A stretch of DNA of 44,450 nucleotides from an uncultured bacterium (GCA_903850545.1 CAINLW010000057.1:1-44450); one strand, 5' to 3'. Numbered from the stretch's first letter, positions 17,059 to 26,412 are shown. The notes: a model not told the origin generated them from the sequence alone. A program made the numbers and translations.

Positions 17059-19779
17059 ATGAAAAAATTATTTAATTTTATCTTTTTTAACAAAGAGAAA
17101 AGTCACACAACAAAATTAATTGCCGGTGTATTAATTCTTTCTTTTTTATTCCTCTCTACTCCCCAGGTTTCTTATGCGAAAAAGAAGTGGGTAAATAATG
17201 TTGTTAAGAGTGTCACCGATATAGCAACAGCGCCATTAGTTGCCGTTGGCAAAACAGTAGCCTTAGCATATGATGTGGTTAAAGCTGTGGTTGTTGATGC
17301 ACCAACTGGTATATATGAAGGAATAAGAAAGGCGCTTGATGGTAGTGGGGGTGGGAGCACGGGTAGTGGGAGCTCCGTGCCCAATTCTGTTATTAAGATT
17401 TCTCCTGGAACTAATCCACTAATAGATACAAATTATACAAAAATTTATGTTAGTGCGACAAATATTACTAATTGTGAATATGGTATAACTGGTAAAGACT
17501 TGGGATGGGGAGATAAGAACGGACCACTTACTGAGTTTAACACATCGTTTAATTCTGGAACTTTAACATCTGACAAAGAATTTAAGATTACTTGTTATAG
17601 GGGTGAATCAAAAATTGGAGAAGCAACTACAACCGTAATAGTACCACCAATTCCATTTCCAATAATTACTGCTGCAACAACAACTGTAGCTAATGGTGCA
17701 AACACAACAATTACCTGGAATGCTACTAGCAGTACTAATTGTATAATAACAAAAAGTGTTGGAGATAATGTAGTTTTGTCATGGACAAAAAATAATACTC
17801 TGGCAACTACACCTAATAAATATATATATGCACCAGACTCTCAATTACAAGGAACATTTTCATCCCCAACTGGTATAACGGTTAGTGGTGCAGATTTTGT
17901 GTATGTTACAGATACAGGAAATAAAACCTTTCAAAGATTTAATTCTACTGGTGCTCTTGTTACCAACATAGGTCCTGCACAATATACTTTTTCGAATCCA
18001 ACAAACGTAATTCCTGGCTCAGGTGATCCTGACCATATATATGTTTCAGATGCGGGTACTAATAATCGCATTGCAATATTTGATAATAACAAAGGAACTT
18101 ATACATCAAACACTTATTTTGGTGCAGGGCTACTTTTTCAACCGTCAGCAATAACAGCTATTAACAATTTTTTATATGTTGTTGATAAAGCAGAAGTAGC
18201 TGGCCGTATTAAAGAATTTGATACCGACGGAACTTTTCTGACGGCATTTGGAAGTGCACAATTAAGCAGTCCTTCAGGTATAGCAATTAATAAAACTTCC
18301 TCAGGAAATCCAGGTGCAATATATATATCAGATACAGGTCACAATCGTATTCAGATATTTAATTCTGACCACACTCCACTTTCTACCATTGGAGGTCCTG
18401 GTTCTGAAGACGGTAAGTTTACAAACCCACAAGGAATAGCAATAGATTCTGCGGGCAACTTATATGTTGCAGAGGCGGGTACTAATGATCGTATCCAAAA
18501 ATTTAGTCCAGATGGTGATTTTCTCTTGAAATTTGGTTCGACTGGTTCTGATAACAGTCAATTTAATAATCCAGAGGGGGTAACTGTTGATTCATCAGGA
18601 AATATATACGTCGCGGATACAGGTAATGGAAAAGTAAAAAAATTTCTACCACAAATTAGTTCAGAGGCAGATTCAGGTTCTATAACAACCGATACCACAT
18701 TCAAAGCAACCTGTGATTTTACAGCAACCTCTAAAAACGCCGCTGTAACAACTAGTGGTATTGTAATAGTATCAATTATTCCTCCTCCAGTTTGTACTAC
18801 AGATATGAACTCTTGTACATCTTGGGGAACTTGTGTAGATAATAGCCAAACTTGTACCGGATCATATACAATAATTCCGTCTGGATGTGAAGGTTCTGTT
18901 CCAACACCTACTAGATCTTGCATTTCTCTTACTTTAAAGGCAGCTTCTTCTACTATTTCAAAATATGCTTCCACAAATATCATTTGGAATTCAGCCAATA
19001 CCACTTTTTGTACGACCACCAAAAAAATGGGGAACGGTGACATTATTGTTTTTTCAACCTCAACCTCAAATCTAGGTAAAACATCGGAAGCCCTTGCATC
19101 AACTACAGTTTTTACGACAACATGCACAAATAGAAACCCAGTAAATGATACGAGAAAATTTTCTGGCTATGCTCAATCGGTTAAGATGGGTAAGATAAGT
19201 TTTGGAGGAAATACTCCTACTCAAATTGCAAATGTGATTCCGCAACTCGCTATAGGTGATAATTACCAGGGTGGTAAGTTGGCTTATATTTTACAATCAG
19301 GTGATCCTGGTTATGACGCTAGCGTAAAGCATGGCCTAATAGCGGCAACAGTCGACCAGAGTGCGGGTATAAGATGGTATAATGGAAGTGGTATAGCAAT
19401 AACGAGTGCAAGAGCAAAAACATTAGGTACTGGACTAGCAAACACAAATAATATTGTTGCTAGTCAGGGAGCTATTGCTAATAGTTATGCCGCAGGTTTA
19501 GCTCGAGCTTATAACGGCGGTGGGTACAGTGATTGGTATTTGCCATCTAGTGATGAATTATATAAATTAATTGTAAATAAAGTAGCTATTGGTGGTTTTT
19601 CTAACGGAGATGCATATGGAAATGGAAGTTATTACTGGAGTTCATCGGAGGCATATATTCCTGCAACGTTTACTCCAGGTAACCATGCATGGGCCATTAG
19701 CACTTATATGAATCCTCTTGAACCAGCTGTGAGTGGCAAGGAACAAATTTTTCGCGTCCGTGCCGTTAGATCTTTTTAA
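17059..19779 (+). CDS. Secreted NHL-repeat beta-propeller protein with Ig-like modules and C-terminal DUF1566 (Lcl-C-like) domain
   Basis: Signal peptide ending VSYA. Canonical NHL repeats (FTNPQGIAIDSAGNLYVAEAGTNDRIQKFSPDG, FNNPEGVTVDSSGNIYVADTGNGKVKKF and others). Modules of the T.TW.S....C type are shared with the two neighbouring large proteins. C-terminal GGYSDWYLPSSDELYKL...YWSSSE is typical of DUF1566. Confidence 0.75.
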   Translation: MKKLFNFIFFNKEKSHTTKLIAGVLILSFLFLSTPQVSYAKKKWVNNVVKSVTDIATAPLVAVGKTVALAYDVVKAVVVDAPTGIYEGIRKALDGSGGGSTGSGSSVPNSVIKISPGTNPLIDTNYTKIYVSATNITNCEYGITGKDLGWGDKNGPLTEFNTSFNSGTLTSDKEFKITCYRGESKIGEATTTVIVPPIPFPIITAATTTVANGANTTITWNATSSTNCIITKSVGDNVVLSWTKNNTLATTPNKYIYAPDSQLQGTFSSPTGITVSGADFVYVTDTGNKTFQRFNSTGALVTNIGPAQYTFSNPTNVIPGSGDPDHIYVSDAGTNNRIAIFDNNKGTYTSNTYFGAGLLFQPSAITAINNFLYVVDKAEVAGRIKEFDTDGTFLTAFGSAQLSSPSGIAINKTSSGNPGAIYISDTGHNRIQIFNSDHTPLSTIGGPGSEDGKFTNPQGIAIDSAGNLYVAEAGTNDRIQKFSPDGDFLLKFGSTGSDNSQFNNPEGVTVDSSGNIYVADTGNGKVKKFLPQISSEADSGSITTDTTFKATCDFTATSKNAAVTTSGIVIVSIIPPPVCTTDMNSCTSWGTCVDNSQTCTGSYTIIPSGCEGSVPTPTRSCISLTLKAASSTISKYASTNIIWNSANTTFCTTTKKMGNGDIIVFSTSTSNLGKTSEALASTTVFTTTCTNRNPVNDTRKFSGYAQSVKMGKISFGGNTPTQIANVIPQLAIGDNYQGGKLAYILQSGDPGYDASVKHGLIAATVDQSAGIRWYNGSGIAITSARAKTLGTGLANTNNIVASQGAIANSYAAGLARAYNGGGYSDWYLPSSDELYKLIVNKVAIGGFSNGDAYGNGSYYWSSSEAYIPATFTPGNHAWAISTYMNPLEPAVSGKEQIFRVRAVRSF

Positions 19780-19807
19780 CTTTGATTATTAAAATGAATT
19801 AAAAAAA

Positions 19808-22066
19808 ATGACTAAATCACTAAAACAAAATTTAATAATTCTAGGTATAGCAGGATTAATATTAATTTGTATATTCTACGTATTGCCAATATTGAAAGTT
19901 GGAGCACAGACAGTTTTATATAAAGGAATTGTTTTTGGAACTCCGAGTTCTTCGAACCCAACATTTAATTGTTCACCATGGGTTAATGATTTAGGAGCTT
20001 TTATACAAAGTTCTTCAAGTCTTACACATATTAATTATCAAGGCAATTATAGTACCCAAGATGCAGCTATTGTTGCTTCTGTAAATTCTTTGTCAAACTG
20101 TTTGACTACAGGTGGTTTTACAGAAATGTTGAATAATACTCAATTTACATCTTATACTGGGCGTGGTTGTGTCGGGACAAATTGTTGTTTAGCTTTGGGC
20201 TATAACACCAATGGAAGATATTGGATAAAGAGTTCTCTTGCTGGCGCATACGCCCCTTATTCTGCGTGTGGCAGTTCTTACTCCTGTTCTTACAGTGGAG
20301 TATTTCAGGAATATAATTTCATGAGTCCAAACTTATCAATGAAGTCAGTCGGGCCACTACACTATTCAAATGCTACTGAGTGTCCAAATGTAACTTCTGG
20401 TTATTTCCAAAATTTTACTACGAACGTACAAATTCCGATGTTTCAGCAGAAAACTATTTCTGTCTGTACTACAGATTCGTATACATATTCTGATTGGGGT
20501 GCTTGTCAACCTGAAGGAAAAAGATATGAAACGGTAATTAATTCGCCAAATTGTATAGACGGTGTGGCTCCAATATTAAATCAAGACTGCACTTATTCAG
20601 TTGTGAATAATGAAGTTTTTTTGACAGCACCTGTTAATAATGCCAGTTTTTTAACTGGTTATGCATGGTCAGATAATATGGGTTGGATAAAATTTGGAGA
20701 CTTGTTAGGTTTCCCATCAACAGTAGGAACTACAGCATCGGATGCAAAAATAGTTGGAAACAATATAGTCGGATGGGCGAGAGCATGTATTGGAACAAAA
20801 TTTGGTGATTGTTCCACTATGGAAAACACTACTACTGGTGATTGGAATGGATGGATAAGCTTTAAGGGAACAGGCTATGGCGTTTCAGTGGATAATGATG
20901 GAAACCTCTCAGGCTATGCCTCTGGTTTTGATATGATTGATTTTACAGGAGTTAAATTATCGCAAGCTATTGTTCCGCAGACAGTAGCCACATCTACAAT
21001 TGTAAATGTAATAGCCTCTCCTTCTGTAACGGTAAATTTTTATATCACACCTTCTCCTATAACTATTTTATCAGGAGCTTCCACAACTCTTTATTGGAGC
21101 TCAACCAACGCTGATTCTTGTAGTTTTAAAAAGGGAGAAGATGCATTTAATACTGGCGTAACTGCAACGTCAGGTTCTGTCACATCAGGAATTCTCAATA
21201 ACACAACATCTTTTTCTGCCACTTGTTCAAATAGCGATCATTCAGCAACAAAGACGACTTCTTTGACTGTGAATGTGGCCCCTCCTTGTAAGGGCGTTAC
21301 TGCTTGCAATCCAACTTCTTGGGGAGAATATGGATCTTGTGGTTTGAATGGAGTAAAAACTAGAACTTGCAAAGAAGGAGGTTACTCTATGACCCCAGCT
21401 GGATGTATAGGTTCTGTATCAGCACCAATAGGGATAACAACACTCGGTTGCAATGGTTGTTCTGGGCCAGATTGTACATGCATAGGGTATGATTATGAAT
21501 GGACACCAGAAACTTGTCCTGCCGAAGGTTATAGGACTCCAGTTACACCAATAAAAACTCATTATATTATTTGTCCTAGTGAAAATCCACCACTTGAAAA
21601 ACAATCATGTATACCAAAGAGCAGTCCTTGTACTGGCTACAATTATGACAATTCTTCAGAAGTTTGCGAAGATGGCATAATAGTCAAAACTATAGATTCT
21701 GGTATTCCAAATGGATGTTCTGGTGGTGTAGAACCTACTCTGGTAGATTTCTGCCCTGTTAATGGAGGATCAGGAACAGTTGGATCATATTGTATTGCTT
21801 CACAAGCACAAGGTCCAGATATTAATGGAAAATTCTTAGTAAACAAAAACACAAAATGGACAATGAGAAACCCTATGGGAGCGGTAACTGTTGATAAATG
21901 GAATGGCACCAATGTTTTGAATTTGATAGGAAATCCGCTAGAGAAAATTTATACAACAGTTGGTACAAAAATTATTACTGGTACTGGTGAAGTTAATGGC
22001 GAAACAACATACTGTCATGCAACCACAACAATGAAAGTGGGTCCAACTTCTGGAGGGGAGATATAA
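19808..22066 (+). CDS. Membrane-anchored/secreted Cys-rich surface protein, paralogue of the C-terminal half of the 2186-aa protein
   Basis: N-terminal TM helix. Module order is shared with 13860-15330: CTTDSYTYSDWGACQPEGKRYETV (compare CTADSYEYSTYGICEPNGKQYKTV), GYAWSDNMGWIKFG, GWARACIG, GWISFKG, an Ig-like ...LYWSSTNADSCSFKKGE... module, four-Cys modules, and a PKD-like C-terminus VNKNTKW...KIYTTVG...TYCHATTTMKV. Confidence 0.65.
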   Translation: MTKSLKQNLIILGIAGLILICIFYVLPILKVGAQTVLYKGIVFGTPSSSNPTFNCSPWVNDLGAFIQSSSSLTHINYQGNYSTQDAAIVASVNSLSNCLTTGGFTEMLNNTQFTSYTGRGCVGTNCCLALGYNTNGRYWIKSSLAGAYAPYSACGSSYSCSYSGVFQEYNFMSPNLSMKSVGPLHYSNATECPNVTSGYFQNFTTNVQIPMFQQKTISVCTTDSYTYSDWGACQPEGKRYETVINSPNCIDGVAPILNQDCTYSVVNNEVFLTAPVNNASFLTGYAWSDNMGWIKFGDLLGFPSTVGTTASDAKIVGNNIVGWARACIGTKFGDCSTMENTTTGDWNGWISFKGTGYGVSVDNDGNLSGYASGFDMIDFTGVKLSQAIVPQTVATSTIVNVIASPSVTVNFYITPSPITILSGASTTLYWSSTNADSCSFKKGEDAFNTGVTATSGSVTSGILNNTTSFSATCSNSDHSATKTTSLTVNVAPPCKGVTACNPTSWGEYGSCGLNGVKTRTCKEGGYSMTPAGCIGSVSAPIGITTLGCNGCSGPDCTCIGYDYEWTPETCPAEGYRTPVTPIKTHYIICPSENPPLEKQSCIPKSSPCTGYNYDNSSEVCEDGIIVKTIDSGIPNGCSGGVEPTLVDFCPVNGGSGTVGSYCIASQAQGPDINGKFLVNKNTKWTMRNPMGAVTVDKWNGTNVLNLIGNPLEKIYTTVGTKIITGTGEVNGETTYCHATTTMKVGPTSGGEI

Positions 22067-22089
22067 AATGAAGTTGTAAATTTGAAAGT

Positions 22090-22121
22090 AGAAAGACGGC
22101 ACGTAAACGTGCCGTCTTTCT
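22090..22121 (+). terminator. Intrinsic terminator ending the surface-protein gene block
   Basis: 14-bp perfect stem AGAAAGACGGCACG / CGTGCCGTCTTTCT with loop TAAA, followed by a T-rich tract. Confidence 0.8.
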
Positions 22122-22140
22122 ATTGATTTATATTTTACTG

Positions 22141-22167
22141 TTGAACTTAATTATTTTCTGGTATAAT
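22141..22167 (+). promoter_or_regulatory. Putative pilB operon promoter (extended -10)
   Basis: TTGAAC (22141-22146), 15-nt spacer, TGgTATAAT (22159-22167). Sits directly upstream of the structured leader. Confidence 0.5.
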
Positions 22168-22171
22168 TACT

Positions 22172-22296
22172 GAGAATGATTTGGTAACGAGAGTTACCCC
22201 AGTGAAATATCCGCTTAAGGCGGATTCCAGCAGTAGCTGGATTTCACAGGGTGATGATTTTCTAAAGCTCATTATCATTCGCTAAGAAAATCAATC
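22172..22296 (+). promoter_or_regulatory. Conserved structured 5' leader, pilB copy
   Basis: P1 GAATGAT (22174-80) pairs with ATCATTC (22274-80). P2 GGTAAC-gaga-GTTACC. P3 CCCaGTGAAAT (22198-208) pairs with ATTTCACaGGG (22241-51) and encloses two small hairpins. P4 GATGATTTTCT (22253-63) pairs with AGAAAATCAATC (22285-96), ending on the ATG. Confidence 0.5.
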
Positions 22297-24063
22297 ATGA
22301 TCCTAGAAAACAAACAACTAAAAGATTTTTTAATTGATACAGGTCTTGTTACAAAGACAGAGTATGATGAAATTGAAAATCTTTACAATAAGGGAAAAAT
22401 AGTAGATCCTCCAGAAAAGGTCTTGGTCAGTCAGGGAAAAATTTCTGAAGATGATTTGCGTAGAGCTCAGGCTTACGTGTCGGGTATTCCTTTTGTTGAT
22501 TTAAAAGATCAAAAAATCGATTTGTCTGTGCTTTCTCTTATCCCAGAACCCCTAGCAAGAAAGAATAATATAATAGCTTATAGAAAAAACATTGATTCGC
22601 TTGAAGTGGCGATGCTTGATATTCAAAATTTATCTACGATTGAATTTGTAAAAAAGAAAGTTGGACTAAAAATTTTACCGAGATTGACCGATTCTTCGTC
22701 AATAAAAAATGCAATACTTCAATATCAAAAAAGTTTGAAAGCAGAGTTTGGCGATTTGATACAAAAAGATATCCAATCTTTAAAAGATTCCGGTAGTTTG
22801 GAGATTGGAGTAAAAGGGGAGAGTATGGAAGATTCTTTGAAAAAAATGGCAGAAGATATTCCCATTGTTCGTATTGTTGAAACGCTTTTAAAACACGCAG
22901 CTTTACAAAACGCTTCAGATATTCACATCGAATGTATGGAAAATGACGCGCTTGTCAGATATAGAATTGATGGACTTTTGCATGACGCGATGATTCTTCC
23001 AAAAATTGCCGCCACCGGTATAACCGCTAGAATAAAAGTGCTTTCAAATTTAAAACTTGATGAAAAAAGGTTACCGCAAGACGGAAGATTTAATGCCGAT
23101 ATTAATGGAGAAAAAGTTTCTTTTAGAGTTTCTATCATACCGACATATTTTGGAGAAAAAACGGTTATGCGACTTTTGCGAGAAAATGCTGGTTCGTATT
23201 CTTTAGAGACTATGGGTTTTCACGGCGTAAATCTTGAAAGATTACATGAAGCAATGAAGCAAGCAAATGGAATGATTCTTACAACAGGTCCAACAGGAAG
23301 TGGAAAAACAACAACTCTTTATACAATATTAGAGTTACTTAATTCAGTAGGTGTAAACATTGCAACGATTGAAGACCCGATTGAATATCAGGTGGCTAGA
23401 ATAAACCAAACTCAGGTAAAACCCGAAATTGGTTTTTCTTTTGCAAATGGACTTAGATCTTTAGTAAGACAAGATCCAGATATAATAATGGTGGGGGAAA
23501 TTAGAGATAATGAAACAGCTTCTCTTGCTGTGAACGCTGCTCTTACTGGTCATGTGGTGCTTTCAACTCTTCACACAAACTCGGCTGCCGGAGCTATACC
23601 GAGGCTTATGGATATGAAAATCGAACCTTTTCTTCTTGTTTCAACCATAAATATTGTTATTGCTCAGAGACTAATAAGAAAGCTTACAGGAGCAAAAGAA
23701 AGATATATTTTAACAAAAGACGAATTGGCATCTCTCGCGAGAATTGTAGATTTGGATAAAGTTTTGGCAATATTAAAAGAGGAAAATATTGTTGGAAAAA
23801 ATGACGACTGGAAAAATATCTATTTTTATAAAGCGAAAGAATCAATAGATTCAAAAGACGGTTATTCTGGAAGAATTGGAATTCACGAGGTATTGAAAAT
23901 GACACCAGCAATAAGGGATCTTGTTATAAAGGGATCAACTTCTCAAGACATTGAAAATCAGGCAAAAAAAGAAGGAATGTTAACGATGATTGAAGACGGG
24001 ATTTTTAAATGTGTAACAGGAATGACGACAATTGAGGAAGTTTTGAGGGTCGTTACGGAGTAA
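22297..24063 (+). CDS. pilB: Type IV pilus assembly ATPase (GspE/PilB family)
   Basis: GSPII_E N-terminal-like region. Walker A GPTGSGKTTT, Walker B/Asp box RQDPDIIMVGEIRD, His box LTGHVVLSTLHTN. Confidence 0.93.
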   Translation: MILENKQLKDFLIDTGLVTKTEYDEIENLYNKGKIVDPPEKVLVSQGKISEDDLRRAQAYVSGIPFVDLKDQKIDLSVLSLIPEPLARKNNIIAYRKNIDSLEVAMLDIQNLSTIEFVKKKVGLKILPRLTDSSSIKNAILQYQKSLKAEFGDLIQKDIQSLKDSGSLEIGVKGESMEDSLKKMAEDIPIVRIVETLLKHAALQNASDIHIECMENDALVRYRIDGLLHDAMILPKIAATGITARIKVLSNLKLDEKRLPQDGRFNADINGEKVSFRVSIIPTYFGEKTVMRLLRENAGSYSLETMGFHGVNLERLHEAMKQANGMILTTGPTGSGKTTTLYTILELLNSVGVNIATIEDPIEYQVARINQTQVKPEIGFSFANGLRSLVRQDPDIIMVGEIRDNETASLAVNAALTGHVVLSTLHTNSAAGAIPRLMDMKIEPFLLVSTINIVIAQRLIRKLTGAKERYILTKDELASLARIVDLDKVLAILKEENIVGKNDDWKNIYFYKAKESIDSKDGYSGRIGIHEVLKMTPAIRDLVIKGSTSQDIENQAKKEGMLTMIEDGIFKCVTGMTTIEEVLRVVTE

Positions 24064-24143
24064 CGATATACGAATAAACATACGAATATTACCCGAATGA
24101 TACGAATGAAGTACGAATTTTATGCGAATGTTACGAATAATAC
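24064..24143 (+). repeat. Degenerate tandem array of seven (T)ACGAAT units, left flank of the GxxExxY cassette
   Basis: ATACGAAT, ATACGAAT, CCCGAAT, ATACGAAT, GTACGAAT, ATGCGAAT and TTACGAAT spaced every 9-12 nt, beginning directly after the pilB TAA. Confidence 0.8.
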
Positions 24144-24161
24144 ATCAATCTAAATTTAAAA

Positions 24162-24539
24162 ATGGAATATAAAAAAGTAGGAGAAAAAGTTATATTTCCT
24201 GAGTTATCTTATACAATTAATGGAGTTTTGTTTTCTGTACACAACGATTTGGGCAGGTTTGCTAGAGAAAAACAGTACGGTGATCTTTTAGAAAAGAGAT
24301 TGAAAGAAATAAATTTATTATATAAACGTGAATTGCCGATATCAGGTTCTGGCAACATAGCTGATTTCGTTATTGAGGATAAGGTTTTATTGGAAATTAA
24401 ATCTACCAGGTTTTTGACAAAAGATTCTTATAGACAAATACAAAACTACTTACAACAAACAGGTTTGAAACTTGGTTTTCTTGTGAATTTTAGAAGCGGA
24501 TATTTAAAAATAGTTAGGATTATTAATATAAGTAAATGA
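24162..24539 (+). CDS. GxxExxY-family protein (PD-(D/E)XK-like fold), small selfish-cassette-type gene
   Basis: The family pattern as I recall it is VH..LG....E..Y...L...L......RE........DF(V/L)(V/I)EDKV(L/I)(L/V)E(I/L)K........Q...YL...GLKLG.L(V/I)NF. It matches VHNDLGRFAREKQYGDLLEKRL...ADFVIEDKVLLEIKS...QIQNYLQQTGLKLGFLVNF. Confidence 0.8.
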   Translation: MEYKKVGEKVIFPELSYTINGVLFSVHNDLGRFAREKQYGDLLEKRLKEINLLYKRELPISGSGNIADFVIEDKVLLEIKSTRFLTKDSYRQIQNYLQQTGLKLGFLVNFRSGYLKIVRIINISK

Positions 24540-24577
24540 TTCTTTCAAGTTCTAGTAATTTTAGTGTATAATATTGA

Positions 24578-24620
24578 TTATTCGTAATCGATTCGTAAAA
24601 TTCGCATAACATTCGTATCA
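24578..24620 (-). repeat. Inverted TACGAAT-unit array, right flank of the GxxExxY cassette
   Basis: Four ATTCG(T/C)A units. The reverse complement ATGATACGAATGTTATGCGAATTTTACGAATCGATTACGAATAAT mirrors the inner 44 nt of the left array (TGATACGAATG...TTACGAATAAT). It ends 1 nt before the pilC ATG. Confidence 0.8.
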
Positions 24621-24621
24621 T

Positions 24622-25830
24622 ATGAAATTTAAATTCAAAGCGGTAAAAAAAGATGGAGGAAAATATGAAGGGGAAAAAGAATCCGCTGATAGATTTTCTC
24701 TATACGAGGAATTAAAAGCGGAGGGAGATACACTTCTTTCTACAGTTGAAGTAAAAAAATCAAAAATAGAAATTAACCTACCCTTTTTTAATTATGTACC
24801 TGAGCATCAAAAAATAATTTTTGCGCAAAATTTGGGATCAATGATAAATGCAGGATTGTCTCTTGCAAAGGCTTTAAATATTTTGCAAAAACAAATAAAA
24901 AATAAAAGATTTAAACAAATTATTGAATCACTTGAACAAAATGTAAGAAACGGAAAAACCTTGAGTCAATCTTGTTCGGAATTTCCAGATGTGTTTCCAA
25001 AATTATTTACATCAATGGTTAAGGCAGGTGAGGAGTCTGGACGACTTTCTCAATCATTGAAAATAGTTGCAACCCAATTAGATAATAGTTATAAACTAAA
25101 AAAGAAAATAAAGGGAGCAATGATATATCCTGGAATTATTATGTCCGTAATGATTGTTATCGGAGTACTTCTGATGATTGTGGTAGTGCCAAGTATTACA
25201 GCTACTTTTAAAGATTTAAATATAGAACTACCTTTTCTTACCAAGGCTATTATAGCAATAAGTGATTTTCTTAAAAATGATATTCTCCTTGTTCTTTTCG
25301 GTGTAATAATTATTATTACTGGTTTTTACTTATTTCTTAAATCAAAATTTGGTAAAAGAGTATTTGATTTTACAGTTTTAAAACTACCTGTTATTGGCGA
25401 GCTTGTAAAAGAAACAAATTCTGCGAGATTAACCAGAACCATTTCTTCTTTGTTGTCTTCCGGTGTTTCTTATACTGAAGCAATTTCGATTACAAGAGAT
25501 GTTGTTCAAAATAGATATTATAAAGATATTTTGACTACTGCTATGAGTACGGTAGAAAAAGGGGGTGCGATTTCAAGTGTTTTTATTGAAAACGAAAAAT
25601 TGTGTCCAATCTTTCTTGCCGAGATGACCGTTGTTGGAGAAGAAACAGGAAAGCTTCCCGAAATGCTTCTAGAGGTAGCACTTTTTTATGAAGAAGTTGT
25701 GGATCAAAAAACAAAAAATATGTCGACGATTATTGAACCTGTTTTGATGGTGATTATAGGAATTGCTGTAGGATTTTTTGCATTAGCAATTATAAAACCG
25801 ATTTATTCTTTGACGGATTCAATACAATAA
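24622..25830 (+). CDS. pilC: Type IV pilus platform protein (GspF/PilC family)
   Basis: Two T2SS-F repeats (FAQNLGSMINAGLSLAKAL... and LTRTISSLLSSGVSYTEAI...), three TM segments and a length of 402 aa, typical of PilC. Confidence 0.92.
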   Translation: MKFKFKAVKKDGGKYEGEKESADRFSLYEELKAEGDTLLSTVEVKKSKIEINLPFFNYVPEHQKIIFAQNLGSMINAGLSLAKALNILQKQIKNKRFKQIIESLEQNVRNGKTLSQSCSEFPDVFPKLFTSMVKAGEESGRLSQSLKIVATQLDNSYKLKKKIKGAMIYPGIIMSVMIVIGVLLMIVVVPSITATFKDLNIELPFLTKAIIAISDFLKNDILLVLFGVIIIITGFYLFLKSKFGKRVFDFTVLKLPVIGELVKETNSARLTRTISSLLSSGVSYTEAISITRDVVQNRYYKDILTTAMSTVEKGGAISSVFIENEKLCPIFLAEMTVVGEETGKLPEMLLEVALFYEEVVDQKTKNMSTIIEPVLMVIIGIAVGFFALAIIKPIYSLTDSIQ

Positions 25831-25860
25831 ATAGTATAAGGAATTAGTATAAGTATATAG
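25831..25860 (+). repeat. GTAT-rich post-stop element, copy c
   Basis: ATAGTATAAGGAATTAGTATAAGTATATAG begins at the first nt after the pilC TAA. Confidence 0.7.
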
Positions 25861-25911
25861 AAATACAAAATACGGATGCAAATGAAAATTAAAAAATAAA
25901 TTAAAGACAAA

Positions 25912-26370
25912 ATGTTTAAAGGTTTAAAAAGACAGAAAAGAGCGTTTACCCTCATTGAAATAATTATTGTTATAGCGATATTAGTGATTCTGGTTTCAAT
26001 TACAGTTTCTTCTTTTGGTAATGTTGGAGGAAGCCAAGCGTTAGACACAACGACAACTTCTGTAATTTCTGTTTTAAATGAGGCCAAATCAATGGCAGTT
26101 TCTTCAAAAGATGCATCAGATTATGGTGTAAGAATTTTAAATAATAAATTAATTTCATTCAAAAATAGTTATGGCACAGAAAATAAAGAATTAACGATTT
26201 CTAGTTTGGTTTCAATTAGCACCTCCACAGGAATTGGGACTGACGTAATTTTTAATAATGTTTCTGGAAACGCAAATGCCAGTGGAACAATCACCGTTAC
26301 TGTTTTGAAGGATCAAACAAAAAGCAATACAATAAGAGTGTATTCTACTGGGGTAATTGAGAAACTATAA
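25912..26370 (+). CDS. Type IV pilin / pseudopilin (prepilin-type N-terminal methylation motif)
   Basis: KRAFTLIEIIIVIAILVILV: class III signal with Glu at +5 and a hydrophobic helix. Ala replaces the usual Gly at -1. Confidence 0.85.
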   Translation: MFKGLKRQKRAFTLIEIIIVIAILVILVSITVSSFGNVGGSQALDTTTTSVISVLNEAKSMAVSSKDASDYGVRILNNKLISFKNSYGTENKELTISSLVSISTSTGIGTDVIFNNVSGNANASGTITVTVLKDQTKSNTIRVYSTGVIEKL

Positions 26371-26372
26371 TA

Positions 26373-26402
26373 ATAGTATTAGTGTCTAGTATAAGTATAA
26401 GG
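26373..26402 (+). repeat. GTAT-rich post-stop element, copy d
   Basis: ATAGTATTAGTGTCTAGTATAAGTATAAGG starts 3 nt after the pilin TAA and ends 10 nt before the next ATG. Confidence 0.7.
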
Positions 26403-26412
26403 AAAATTTTAA

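Noticed and set aside
18558-19127. A 189-aa antisense ORF inside the NHL gene. Similar antisense or overlapping ORFs occur at 6284-6631, 33915-34286, 33654-33911, 36668-36949, 12255-12509 and 21643-21912, and there are many 60-110-aa ORFs inside tig, nusA and the coiled-coil gene.
   Set aside because: These are shadow ORFs opposite or out of frame with genes that have strong motif support. Their compositions mirror the sense strand and none shows a recognisable motif.
22249-22292. GGGTGATGA ... GAAA in the pilB leader resembles the hammerhead CUGAUGA/GAAA core or a C/D-box (RUGAUGA).
   Set aside because: The essential C of CUGAUGA is a G here. The nusA copy reads GGTGATAA, and there is no box D or three-way junction consistent with a hammerhead. 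The resemblance is not conserved among copies.
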